From the NCBI GenBank assembly GCA_038231275.1, contig JBBRLQ010000009.1, positions 32,001-96,000 of the forward strand: 64,000 nt of DNA, given 5' to 3'. This document shows positions 54,057 to 63,616 of this stretch, piece by piece. Made by a program: the position numbers and the translations under genes. Every line of letters begins with the position of its first letter. Position 1 is the first letter of the stretch. The notes under the pieces were generated by a model that was given only the letters and a program-made list of their open reading frames with translations, was not told the origin of the DNA and did no database searches. This DNA comes from Polyangiales bacterium (GTDB taxonomy: Bacteria > Myxococcota_A > Polyangia > Polyangiales > Polyangiaceae).

Positions 54057-54719
54057 GTGAATCGGGCCCTCGGGCTCGTCGCGGTTTGCATCGGCTTTCA
54101 TTGCGCGCCCGCGACGCCGCAGCGCGCGCTCGCGCCAGCTCCCCCTCGCACCGCCCACGCCTCTTCGGCGCCTGCCGCGGTGGTCGCGTCTGCACCGCCG
54201 ATCGTCCGCTTCTTGCCCGGCGCGGCACCGCCTGAGCCTCACTGCTTCGCGTGGTCAAAGGCGCGTGAGGCCTACGCGTGCATGTTCGGGCACCATGAGG
54301 TCGGGACCGGCGCCACCGAGACGCGGGTGATGGTGCTCGGGCGCGGCAAGGGCGCTGCCGTTCCGCTCGCGAACGGCCGCCTCGACGAATCTGCGCGCGC
54401 CGCCCTCGATGCGCTGATGGTCGACGGCGCGTTCGTCGCCGTCCCCGACGCGCCGTGGTCGACGAGCGCTGCGCCAATGACCGCAGGCGCATTCAAGATT
54501 GTCGCCGACACCACGACCATCCACGTGGAGCACGACGGCGCCGTGCTGTTGGACGCTCACCGCGGGTACATCAAGAAATTCACGCCGACGTGCAAGCACC
54601 GTCTTTGGCCCGTGAACGCCGACGGCATTGTCCTCGAGCGGAGCTGCACGCTTCGTGACGAAGGCGTCGACGTCACCGAGCTCGACGTGTGGTTCTGCGA
54701 CGCGACGCGCTGCACGTGA
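54057..54719 (+). CDS. Hypothetical exported protein
   Basis: GGAG RBS, GTG start, signal-like N-terminus. It fills the gap between called genes. Confidence 0.55.
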   Translation: MNRALGLVAVCIGFHCAPATPQRALAPAPPRTAHASSAPAAVVASAPPIVRFLPGAAPPEPHCFAWSKAREAYACMFGHHEVGTGATETRVMVLGRGKGAAVPLANGRLDESARAALDALMVDGAFVAVPDAPWSTSAAPMTAGAFKIVADTTTIHVEHDGAVLLDAHRGYIKKFTPTCKHRLWPVNADGIVLERSCTLRDEGVDVTELDVWFCDATRCT

Positions 54720-54722
54720 CCG

Positions 54723-57446
54723 TCACTTCCGCGTGAAGAACGCCTTCATCGATGCCTCGTGCGTCGCGCGGCGCTTCGTGCAGAGTCGGATGTCCTCCAC
54801 CGTCGACGCAAGATCGCGCGGGCCGCCGTCGAACGCGCCCATGCGCGGCTCGAAGAACGCCTTCACTTCGGCGGCGTGCGCCTCGTCGCAAAAGCCGCGC
54901 GGCATCGCCACCAGCTGGTTCGCGCCGAACGGAACGTCTTTGAGGCGCGCAAACACGGCGTCGTAGTTGGCCTTGAGCCATGTCCACGCGGCCTCCCGCG
55001 TCTCGACGCGACCGAACTGAATCCACAGTGGTGTGGTCATCTCGTTGCCGCGCAGCGCAGGATCGAGGGCGAGACGGCGGCCTTGCTCGGCGGCGTCGGC
55101 ATCTAGCACCGATGCCGCGGCGGAGATGAGGCGGTCGCGATCGACGGCGTTCTCCGTCTTGCCGAGCGCCGCGCGCAGCACGTCGAACGTCTTGCGGTCC
55201 CCGTCCTCCGCCCAGACGCGGAGCGTGAGGCTGCGCAAGTCGGACGAAGCCGCCGCGTCGTGAAGCGCGCCGTCGTCGGTGAAATACGCGCGACCGCGCT
55301 TCTTCAGCTCCGCGCGTACGCCGGGATCCTTCCCCTGATCGACGAGCGCGTAGAGGACGTCTCTCCGCAGCGCGCCGCGCGTCGCGTCCTCGCCCTTCTT
55401 GGGCTCGAAGCCGAGATTCTTTGCGACGGGTCCGAAGAGCGTGCGCGTGTACGCCTCCACGCCCAGTCGCGCCGGATCGCCGTACAGCCACTCGTGGGCC
55501 GTGCCGAGGAAGCCCATCGGCTCGCGCGCGACCTCGTTGGTCGGATCGTTCGCGAGGGCGCTCGCTGCCTCGAGGATGTCGCCGAAGGGAAGCGCGGCGC
55601 GGTTGAACGCCGCGCGCAGCCCGTTGCCGAACGCGATCCGCTCGGCGACGTCGAGCTCTTTGAGGCCGCCCTTCCGAAGCTTCGCGAGATCGGCCGATGC
55701 GAGCGCGAAGCGGAAATAGCCGCCCGCGCGCGCGTTGGGCATGACCCACTCCGGGCACGCCGCGAGCGGAACGTCGGTCTGCTCCCCCTCGAGGAGCGCG
55801 CACGCCTCCTTCGGCGGCGAGCCTTTGACGCCGTAGCGCGCGCACATCGGCAGCTTCCACGTCACGTTTGCGTTGCCGGTGGAGCCGGTCGGAAGATAAC
55901 GCGACTGGACGACATGGAGATGCGGCGCGCCGTCGCAGACCGCCGACACTTCGAGGAACGGCACGCCGGGTTTGTCGAGGAACGTGTGCATCGCCGCGCC
56001 GACGTCCTTGCCCGCGGCCGCCGAGACCGCGGCCAAAAATTCGTCGGACGTCGCGCTCCCGAACCGGTTCTTCTCGAGGTGCGCGCGGACCCCTTTCTGG
56101 AAGGCGTCTTCGCCCACCCAGCGCTCGAACATTCGAATGACGCCGGCGCCCTTCTGGTAGGTGATGCCGTCGAACGCGTTCTCGATGTCGTCGTTGGTGG
56201 CGATCGGCTGTCGGATGGCGCGCGCGCTCGCCAGCGCGTCGGCGCTCATCGCACCTTGCACGCCTTCGAGAAGGAGCAAGCTGCTCCGGACCTTGGGATC
56301 CCAACGGTCGGCGATCTTGGCGGATGCCCACGTCGCGAAGGCCTCGTTGAGCCAGATGTCGTCCCACCATCGCATCGTCACCAGATCGCCGAACCACTGG
56401 TGCGCGAGCTCGTGCGTCACGACGCTGCCGAACGCGCGCATCTGCCAATCGGGCGCGCTCTTCGGATCGACGAGGAGCGTGTCCTCGGAGAAGGTGATCG
56501 CGCCGGCGTTCTCCATCGCGCCTTGGCGATCGGGGATCGCGAGCATGTCGAGCTTGTCGTACGGGTAGGGGAGGCCGAAATACTCCTCGAGCTTGGCGAC
56601 GATCGCGCCGGTGCTCGCCATCGCGTAGGCCAGCTCGGGGCCGCGCCCTTTCGCCGCGACGCCGCGCAACGGGATCGCCTTCTTGCGGATCGCGCTCGGC
56701 GGGATGTCCGGCGCGGACACGACGTCGTACGGCCCCACCGCGAACGCGACGAGGTAGCTCGGGATCGGCAGCGTCGGCGCGAAACGCACGCGCACGCGCT
56801 CGGCCGGCAGCACATCGCGCCCGACCTCGGCGGCGTTGGAGATCGCGGCGTCTGCGCGAGGAACCACGAGCGCAATCTCGTAAGGGATCTTCGCGGACGG
56901 CTGATCCAGGCAAGGAAACGCGCGCCGCGCGTCGATTTCTTCGAACTGCGTCGCCGCATACGCGAGCCCGCCTTGCTTCGAGACGTAGAGCCCGCGCGTC
57001 CCCTTCACGTACGGCGCCTCCCACTCGAAATGCAGCGTCGCCTTGCCTGCGGGCAGCGGCTTCGCGAGGAGGATCCGCGCGACTCCGCTCGGGTGCGCGT
57101 CCTCCCATTGCGCGGCGATCGGAGGCCCGCCCGCGTTGATCTCCAAGCGAGTCACGTGAAGCCCGCGCCCATGAACCCAGATGACGTCGCGCGGCGCGGC
57201 GAGCGACAGTTCGAGATCCGCGACCCCGCGGAAGTTCGGCGCCTCCGGATCGATGACGAGCTCCACGCGCTCGCGGACGGCGACGACGTCACGCGGAAGC
57301 TCCAACGTGGGCACGGGCTCGGCGCTCTTTTGGATCGGTGCGCCCGACCCGACCGAGGGCGCCGGCGCCGCGGAGGGCAGCGACGGCCCGCACGCGGCAG
57401 ACACGAGGAGCGAGAGGGAGACCACCCAGGGTTGTCGGTTGCGCAC
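54723..57446 (-). CDS. M1 family aminopeptidase with ERAP1-like C-terminal domain (lipoprotein)
   Basis: ATQFEEIDARRAFPC, GAMEN, HELAHQWFGDLVT..WWDDIWLNEAFA and YQKGA. The VSAAC lipobox follows the proposed GTG start at 57446. Confidence 0.92.
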   Translation of the reverse strand: MRNRQPWVVSLSLLVSAACGPSLPSAAPAPSVGSGAPIQKSAEPVPTLELPRDVVAVRERVELVIDPEAPNFRGVADLELSLAAPRDVIWVHGRGLHVTRLEINAGGPPIAAQWEDAHPSGVARILLAKPLPAGKATLHFEWEAPYVKGTRGLYVSKQGGLAYAATQFEEIDARRAFPCLDQPSAKIPYEIALVVPRADAAISNAAEVGRDVLPAERVRVRFAPTLPIPSYLVAFAVGPYDVVSAPDIPPSAIRKKAIPLRGVAAKGRGPELAYAMASTGAIVAKLEEYFGLPYPYDKLDMLAIPDRQGAMENAGAITFSEDTLLVDPKSAPDWQMRAFGSVVTHELAHQWFGDLVTMRWWDDIWLNEAFATWASAKIADRWDPKVRSSLLLLEGVQGAMSADALASARAIRQPIATNDDIENAFDGITYQKGAGVIRMFERWVGEDAFQKGVRAHLEKNRFGSATSDEFLAAVSAAAGKDVGAAMHTFLDKPGVPFLEVSAVCDGAPHLHVVQSRYLPTGSTGNANVTWKLPMCARYGVKGSPPKEACALLEGEQTDVPLAACPEWVMPNARAGGYFRFALASADLAKLRKGGLKELDVAERIAFGNGLRAAFNRAALPFGDILEAASALANDPTNEVAREPMGFLGTAHEWLYGDPARLGVEAYTRTLFGPVAKNLGFEPKKGEDATRGALRRDVLYALVDQGKDPGVRAELKKRGRAYFTDDGALHDAAASSDLRSLTLRVWAEDGDRKTFDVLRAALGKTENAVDRDRLISAAASVLDADAAEQGRRLALDPALRGNEMTTPLWIQFGRVETREAAWTWLKANYDAVFARLKDVPFGANQLVAMPRGFCDEAHAAEVKAFFEPRMGAFDGGPRDLASTVEDIRLCTKRRATHEASMKAFFTRK

Positions 57447-57478
57447 GCCGGCATTCTGTTCGTCGACGGGCCGCGTGG

Positions 57479-57799
57479 CTATCGCAAACGCGGGCGGGCC
57501 CGACTCCAAAGCGCGCCGGCGCGATCCTTGAGGTCCGGCGACAGCCGATCCTCGCGGCTGATGAGTCGGAGCCGCAGCCCGACATCGCCGTCGTGCCGTC
57601 GCGCGACTACCGGACGGCGCACCTCGGAGGCGAAGCCTCTCAATACCCGTTTGCGCACCGCAACGGCCTTTAGGGTGAACCCAGCAGCTTCGGCCCAACC
57701 CGCGAAGGCAAGGTACTCGTCGATCGCCGCCGCGACGGCGCCTGCCTTCATCAAGGCATCGCCACGCGTCAGGCACTCGCGTGCGGCGTCTCCGTCCAC
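57479..57799 (-). pseudogene. Possible truncated TPR-like protein
   Basis: N-terminal LTRGDALMKAGAVAAAIDEY...GFTLKAVAVRKRVL is TPR-like. The C-terminal half runs antisense through the Uma2 remnant. Confidence 0.35.
57530..57622 (+). pseudogene. Remnant of a Uma2-family (PD-(D/E)XK) endonuclease gene
   Basis: Translation EVRRQPILAADESEPQPDIAVVPSRDYRTAH resembles the Uma2 core (VRxQxP...SEPEPDxAVV...DY...HP). No start and no downstream LxxEV motif. Confidence 0.5.
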
Positions 57800-57959
57800 C
57801 GCGGCAGCTTAACAGCAGGAGTCGCGCGAGGGCTGAGTCGACGTTACTCAGAAATCGATGGACCCGAGTGGGGGGCAGGTCAGGAAGACCGTCCACCCAA
57901 CGGGAAGGCGACGCCGCGAAGCGGATCGAGAGCTGCTCGAAAGTGCTACACTTGTCGGG

Positions 57960-58205
57960 ATGGCGAACGACGATCAGCAAGCGCGGGAAGCACGCGCAGA
58001 ACATCGGCGGGCGACCTGGACCGGCGGCGTCGTGAAGGGGTTCGCGGCGATGGAGGAGGCAGATCTCGCCTTTTGGGCGTTGGCCACCCCTGGCGAGCGG
58101 ATTCGAGCCGTGACCCTCTTGATCGACGAGATGCGCGCCATGGGAGGTGTGAGTGGACCTAGCCCCCGACTTCAGAGATCTATTGGAGGAGCTCGTACGC
58201 GGTAG
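57960..58205 (+). CDS. Small protein upstream of nucleotidyltransferase; putative antitoxin partner
   Basis: 81 aa with DLAFW..ATPGERI motif and C-terminal PRLQRS. It overlaps the next gene. Confidence 0.65.
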   Translation: MANDDQQAREARAEHRRATWTGGVVKGFAAMEEADLAFWALATPGERIRAVTLLIDEMRAMGGVSGPSPRLQRSIGGARTR

Positions 58206-58611
58206 CGTCGAGTTCGTCATCGTCGGTGGGTACGCGGTGGCTTTCCACGGTCGCCCGCGCGCGACGAAAGACATCGATCTCGTGCTTGCGGGTAACGACG
58301 CGAATCTCGGACGCGCCGCCGACTCATTGGCGCGATTCGGGGCGCCGCGCGGCGTCGTGGATGGTCTGCGAGCTCTCGCCCCATCCGACGTCGTGTTTCT
58401 TGGACAACCGCCGCTGCGCATAGACTTCATGCGCGCCATCGACGGCGTGACCTCCGAAGCTCTCTTCGAGCACGCCGTCCGGGCGGAGTTGGACGGTGTC
58501 GCGGTGAAGGTCATCTCGATCGACGACTTGATCGCGAACAAGCGGGCTGCAGCCCGGCCACAAGATCTCGTGGATGCGGAATTTCTGGAGCGGGTTCGCC
58601 GCAAGAAGTGA
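58153..58611 (+). CDS. Nucleotidyltransferase (Pol-beta superfamily; DUF6036/AbiEii-like)
   Basis: FVIVGGYAVAFHGRPRATKDID, RIDF and LIANKRAAARPQDLVD. Confidence 0.85.
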   Translation: MDLAPDFRDLLEELVRGSVEFVIVGGYAVAFHGRPRATKDIDLVLAGNDANLGRAADSLARFGAPRGVVDGLRALAPSDVVFLGQPPLRIDFMRAIDGVTSEALFEHAVRAELDGVAVKVISIDDLIANKRAAARPQDLVDAEFLERVRRKK

Positions 58612-58894
58612 CGCGGCCCCGAAGGCCGCCTTGCACGCGTGCTCTGACGCTCAAGGCTCAAGAGGCATGCGGCTCCGCACCGTCTTCTTCGGCGTCTGGT
58701 GCAACGTCCAGCGCATCACCAGCTGCATGCGGTACGTGAAGTAGCGGCGCGGCGCCTCGTGTGCCCCGCTTCACCGGGGCGCCAAGCACGCGCGATCTCG
58801 CCCTGTCGCCGCCCTGCGCCACCTTTGGGTGCACAGTCCCCGCAAATATCGCGGAAAAGCAGCCGCGGCGTGACGTTTGCAAAACGTCTTGGCC

Positions 58895-59458
58895 ATGAGC
58901 CCGCGCGGCACTCTCGGCCTCCTCCTCGCACTCGCCACGACCTGCGCCCTCGGGTGCGGGTCGACGCCGCAGATCGTCCCGCTCATGACCGCGGCGGGGG
59001 TCCCGCTGACCGATCCCACCACCGTCCCGCTCCGCGTCGTCACGCGCTCCACCGCGGTCAACGATCCGCTCCACATGCGCGGCAGCAACGTCGAGTACGG
59101 CGACATCGAGACCGCCCTCGGCCACGCCATCGCGTCGGCGACCGTTCCGTGGGCCGACGGTCACCGCACGCACGCCACGGCGCGTGAAGGATGGCAGCTG
59201 TCCGTCGAGGTGACCGCCGCCGACGCCGTCTACGACGACGGCCGCGTGATCTTTTCGATCGGCGTCCGCGCCACGCTCCGCGCGCGCGCCGGCAACGTGT
59301 ACCTCGCGCAGACGCAGACCAGCTGCCGCCAGGGAGGGCTCGTGCCTCCGGACAAGGGCGCGCACACGATGTACCGCTGCATGATGGAAATCGGCCGCGA
59401 TCTCGCCGGCTGGCTCGACGGCATCGATCTCAACGCCGTCTCGACGCGCACGACCTGA
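58895..59458 (+). CDS. Hypothetical lipoprotein
   Basis: ALGC lipobox. It is the first gene of a co-oriented three-gene cluster. Confidence 0.7.
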   Translation: MSPRGTLGLLLALATTCALGCGSTPQIVPLMTAAGVPLTDPTTVPLRVVTRSTAVNDPLHMRGSNVEYGDIETALGHAIASATVPWADGHRTHATAREGWQLSVEVTAADAVYDDGRVIFSIGVRATLRARAGNVYLAQTQTSCRQGGLVPPDKGAHTMYRCMMEIGRDLAGWLDGIDLNAVSTRTT

Positions 59459-59543
59459 CTGCTCACGACTCTCGATCGTCGTCCTAGAAACCAAAACCAA
59501 ACGAAGAGGCGCGCGGTCATTCCGCCGCCAGACGGGTGCTCTC

Positions 59544-60842
59544 ATGCGTTCACTCTCGATCATGGGCTTGTCTGTCGTCGCGCTGTACGCGCTCACCATG
59601 GGTGCGGGGTGCGCGGCAGGTGTCACCGTTCAGCCTGGCCATCGCGCGCTGCTCTTCGATCCGAGCAACGGCGGAATTCAGCACGAGGTCCTCCAGCCCG
59701 GCCGCTACAAGACGCCGTGCCCGTTCTGGAAGGCCGAGGCCGCGTGCCCGACCGTCGTCGACTTCGACGTCACGTTCTCGACGTCGAAGAAGACGCTGCA
59801 TGCGCTCTCGCAAGAGGGGCTGCCGCTCGATCTCGCGATCGCGGTCACCTACCGGCCCATCGTGTCGGAGCTGTACCTCCTCGACACCGAGATTGGGCCC
59901 AACTACTTCGACGAGATCATCGGCCCGGAGTTCCAGAGCGCGGCGATCGGCGTCTTCGCGACCACGTCGTACCTGGACCTTCACAAGCGCAACGGCGTCA
60001 TCGAGGACGCCGTCGAGAAGCAGCTGCGCGATCGCCTGAAGGGCAAGCACATCGAAATTTCTCGCGTGAACATCGAAAACGTCGCGTACGCGCCGGAGAT
60101 CCGGCAGTCCGAGACCGAGCGCGTCGTGTCGCAAGAGCAGTCGCTCCGCGACAAGCAGCTGATGGAGAACGCGGCGATGCAGAAAAAGCGCCAGCTCGAG
60201 CTCGCCGCCCAGACGCGGAAGCTGGAGCTCGAGACCGCCTCCGAGCAGAAGAAGCTGGAGCTCGAAGCGCAGACCGCGCAAAAGAAGCTCGAGCTCCAGG
60301 CCCAGGCCGAGCAGAGCAAGCTCACCGCCACGAGCAAGCTGGAGGTCGACAAGATCCAGATTCAGGCTTCCACGGAGCAGGAGAAGTACCGCTTCGATTT
60401 GGAGCTGCGCAACAAGCAGACCGAGAAGAAGCTGCTCCTCGAACAGGCGCAGATCGATCGCATCCGGGCGGAGACCGACGCGTCGTCGAAGATCACCGCC
60501 GCGAAGGCCGAGGCCACGTCGCGCATCGCGCTCGCCAAGGCCACCGCCGACGAGACGCGCGCGTCCGTCGCCAACGTCACGCCGATGCACGTCATGATGC
60601 ACGCGTACGACGCGCTCGGGCACCTCGGCGGAAGCGGAACGACGATCATGCTCGGCGACTGGTCGCGCACGCCGCAGTTCTTGTTCCCGAAGATGCCGGG
60701 CTTCCAGCAGGTGTTCAATCCGTACGCAGGATTTCCGGCGGTGATGCCGGCGCCTGCGCCCGCTCCGTCACCGGGCGCGAGCAACGGCGCCGCGCAGACC
60801 TGGGGTGGCAAGCTCTCGCAGAACACCGCCAACCCGTACTGA
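59544..60842 (+). CDS. SPFH/Band 7 (prohibitin-like) domain protein with long coiled-coil tail
   Basis: VTVQPGHRALLF, LSQEGLPLDL...VTYRP, IGPNYFDEII.P, IEISRVNIENV, then QKKLELEAQ repeats. Confidence 0.82.
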   Translation: MRSLSIMGLSVVALYALTMGAGCAAGVTVQPGHRALLFDPSNGGIQHEVLQPGRYKTPCPFWKAEAACPTVVDFDVTFSTSKKTLHALSQEGLPLDLAIAVTYRPIVSELYLLDTEIGPNYFDEIIGPEFQSAAIGVFATTSYLDLHKRNGVIEDAVEKQLRDRLKGKHIEISRVNIENVAYAPEIRQSETERVVSQEQSLRDKQLMENAAMQKKRQLELAAQTRKLELETASEQKKLELEAQTAQKKLELQAQAEQSKLTATSKLEVDKIQIQASTEQEKYRFDLELRNKQTEKKLLLEQAQIDRIRAETDASSKITAAKAEATSRIALAKATADETRASVANVTPMHVMMHAYDALGHLGGSGTTIMLGDWSRTPQFLFPKMPGFQQVFNPYAGFPAVMPAPAPAPSPGASNGAAQTWGGKLSQNTANPY

Positions 60843-60855
60843 AGAGGAGAAGGCC

Positions 60856-61830
60856 GTGCGAACGCTGCTCTTGCTCGCGGCTGCGATGCCGCTCATGGCG
60901 TGCTCGGCGACGCTGCGCCGCCCGGTCGCGACCACCGACGCCGCGGGGGAGCTCGAGCAAGTGACGCGCTCGAGCGAGAACGAGTTCGATCCAGCGATCT
61001 CGCCCGATGGAAAGTCGATCGCGTACGAGGTCGCGTCGTCGACGGACGCGGTGCCGCGCGTGGAGGTGAGGTCGCTCGCCGACGTCGGTGCCGTACGCGC
61101 GTCGCCTCCGCTCTACACCTCGAAGGACACGATGGGTCTCGAGCCGACGTGGATGCCCGATGGCTCGGGGCTCATCTTCGTCTCGCAGACGAAGAACTCC
61201 GCGAAGGCGCTGATGCAAACGATGGGAAAATCGCCTGCGCAGACGAACTTTCTCGCGGAGGCCGGCGATCCGTACTTGGTGGCCGAGTGGCCGGCGATGT
61301 CACCGGACGGGCAGACGATGGCGATGTCGCTCGTCAATGTCGCGCGTTTCGAGTCGGGCTGGCGATCGGCGCGGCACTTCGATCACGCGCTCGGCATGTC
61401 GGATCTTCTGGGCACAGGGGTGACGGTGGTCGGATCCGGATCGGCGCCAGCGTTCAGCCCCGACGGGAGGCGCATCGCATTCTCGCGCACGACCGGGAGC
61501 CACGCGCACGTCTTCGTCGCCAACGCCGACGGGAGCGAGGCGCATCAGATCACCGAAGGCCCCGCCGACGACGTGGAGCCCGCGTGGTCGCCCGACGGCC
61601 GCTACCTCGCCTTTTGCTCGGCGCACGGCAACGACGACAAGTACGTGCAGGCGAACCTCTTCGCGGTGCGCCCCGACGGATCGGGGCTCGTTCAGCTCAC
61701 CGAGGGAGATCACATGTCGTCGCGACCCGCGTGGGGGAAAGACGGCTTCGTCTACTTCCACGCGAACGCGACCGATCGCTTTCACATCTGGCGCGTGCGC
61801 GTGCAGGGAGATCTCGCCAGCCGAACGTGA
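60856..61830 (+). CDS. TolB-like PD40 repeat lipoprotein
   Basis: GAGGAG RBS, GTG start, LMAC lipobox, and PAISPDG, PAMSPDG, PAFSPDG, PAWSPDG repeats. Confidence 0.88.
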   Translation: MRTLLLLAAAMPLMACSATLRRPVATTDAAGELEQVTRSSENEFDPAISPDGKSIAYEVASSTDAVPRVEVRSLADVGAVRASPPLYTSKDTMGLEPTWMPDGSGLIFVSQTKNSAKALMQTMGKSPAQTNFLAEAGDPYLVAEWPAMSPDGQTMAMSLVNVARFESGWRSARHFDHALGMSDLLGTGVTVVGSGSAPAFSPDGRRIAFSRTTGSHAHVFVANADGSEAHQITEGPADDVEPAWSPDGRYLAFCSAHGNDDKYVQANLFAVRPDGSGLVQLTEGDHMSSRPAWGKDGFVYFHANATDRFHIWRVRVQGDLASRT

Positions 61831-61849
61831 CGCGCTCGAATGCGCAGCG

Positions 61850-63607
61850 TCAGCGGAACGGACCCGCGGCGATCTGACCGCGGAGGGCACGCGCGGCGGA
61901 GCACAATCGCTCGAGGAGCGGCTCGGTGGTCTGCGGATCGACGAGCGCATCGGGCAAGAGAACCGCGAGCGCGCTCGCGGAATAGTGCGTGGCCGCGCTC
62001 GCGGAGAGTTCACGAAGCGCGGCGCGCGCGGCTTGCGACGTCGTTGGCGCGTCGAGATCCACGTCCATCGGAGGATCGAGCACGACGGCGACGCGCGCCC
62101 CTGCGATCTCGCCCTTTTCGCCCCAGAGCGTCCCGACTTCGACGGGATCGGTCCCCCACGTGCCGCGAATCCACATGCGACCGCGCTCGAGCCGTCCGTG
62201 GAGTCGCGCCGCGAAAGCCTCCCACGTCGGCACGTGCGCGGCCATGGCAGCGGGCGGCGGCACGGTAGGCAGCGCAGTCGCGAGCGCCAGCGCGATCGCC
62301 TTGTAGCGCGCGACAGCACGAATCAGCCGATCGACCACCTGCGCGTTTCCTCGGTGCGCGAGGCGCGCGCCGTGATCGTCGACATGGACGACGTCGAGCT
62401 CGACGAGCAGGTCCAAGAGGGCGGGCGAGAGGAGCGCCTGCGCTTGCGCGTGCTCGCGCGCATGGATCGTGAATTTGCGCGAGGCCTTGTCGTGCGCGAC
62501 GTCGACGTGATCGCCGAACAGGCTCGTCCACTCGCGCTTTCCCAGTGTCAGATCGATCCCGAGCGGCGGCCACGACAGCGCCGCGCTCACGAACATGTCG
62601 CCGCCGCGCGCCTCCATCTGAACGACGAGCGACACGTCGCCTGCCGTGAGGAGCATCCGCTCTTGCTCCGCGTCGTTCACGAGACCCAGGCGCGCCGCGA
62701 CGTCGTTCCACACCACGGCACGTCTCTCACGACCGACCGGGGCCACGCGTCCCTCGCGCACGCGCCGCCCCGCGTTGCTCTCGGCGGGCTGAACCACGAT
62801 CGGCACACGCAGCACGACATCGCTCCCGAGCGCGACGTCCGCGCGGAGCTCGAGCTGGTAGTCGAGGTGGAAGAGGTGCGCCTGGAACGTAGGCGCGACG
62901 TGCGCGGGAAAGGCGAGGCGAAACGGAACGGACGATCCCTCGGCCGGACCGCCGGCGTGGATCTGCGCGCCGAGCCGCGCCGCGTAGAGATCGCTCGCGA
63001 ACGTCGCGTGGCGGTGCTCGAGCCCGAGGATGGTCGCCCGCACCTCCCGGATTTTCTTCGCCGGTACGTTCGCGAGGGACAGCGATCCGCTGACCGCCTC
63101 CCCCGCGACGATCTCCGTCCGATCGAGCGCCGCCTCCATGTACGGCGCCCCGCCGGTCGGCCCCGCGGTGTTCGTCGCGAACGTCTGCGGCTGTGGCTCG
63201 GCGACCGCGCGCGGCGCCCATCGCACGGGCACGACGTACGACTCGCGTCGATCGGGCCACCAAGGGATCGATACGTGTATTTTGCAGATGTACTGGATCG
63301 AGCTCTCGGCGCCGGTGAAGGACGCGGGGGAATCGCTCGCGATCGGGAATTTCCCGGCGAACGTGCGTGATCCGGCGGCGAGCACTCCGGGCTCGTGGCG
63401 GACGTGCAAGCGGCTCAGCGTGTGCACCGAGGCGCGGCGCGAGTTGCCGCCGCCCGTGAACATCTGCTCGAACGCGTGGAGCTCGATCTCGATGAAGTCG
63501 CACGGCGTCTCGGAGCGGCTCTCGACCAGCAGCTCCGCGACGAACGTCGTCCCCGGGTAGATCGCCCCCGGCGCGAGCGTGAGCTTGACGCGCGGGCGGC
63601 TCCGCAT
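61850..63607 (-). CDS. Protein with two tandem arrestin/SpoOM-like domains and a C-terminal region of unknown function
   Basis: IYPGTTFVAEL...PASFTGAESSIQYICKIHVSIPWWPD and IVAGEAVSGSL...PTFQAHLFHLDYQLELRADVALGSDVVLRVPIVV. Confidence 0.6.
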   Translation of the reverse strand: MRSRPRVKLTLAPGAIYPGTTFVAELLVESRSETPCDFIEIELHAFEQMFTGGGNSRRASVHTLSRLHVRHEPGVLAAGSRTFAGKFPIASDSPASFTGAESSIQYICKIHVSIPWWPDRRESYVVPVRWAPRAVAEPQPQTFATNTAGPTGGAPYMEAALDRTEIVAGEAVSGSLSLANVPAKKIREVRATILGLEHRHATFASDLYAARLGAQIHAGGPAEGSSVPFRLAFPAHVAPTFQAHLFHLDYQLELRADVALGSDVVLRVPIVVQPAESNAGRRVREGRVAPVGRERRAVVWNDVAARLGLVNDAEQERMLLTAGDVSLVVQMEARGGDMFVSAALSWPPLGIDLTLGKREWTSLFGDHVDVAHDKASRKFTIHAREHAQAQALLSPALLDLLVELDVVHVDDHGARLAHRGNAQVVDRLIRAVARYKAIALALATALPTVPPPAAMAAHVPTWEAFAARLHGRLERGRMWIRGTWGTDPVEVGTLWGEKGEIAGARVAVVLDPPMDVDLDAPTTSQAARAALRELSASAATHYSASALAVLLPDALVDPQTTEPLLERLCSAARALRGQIAAGPFR

Positions 63608-63616
63608 CGTCTGCGC

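Noticed and set aside
57447-58661. Apparent 400-aa N-terminal extension of the M1 aminopeptidase (1312-aa ORF)
   Set aside because: The extension is antisense to the nucleotidyltransferase pair, and a signal peptide with lipobox begins right after GTG 57446.
58658-59626. 322-aa minus-strand ORF and ORFs within 58612-58894
   Set aside because: The long ORF is antisense to a lipoprotein gene with a clear lipobox and has no motifs. The short ORFs lack support.
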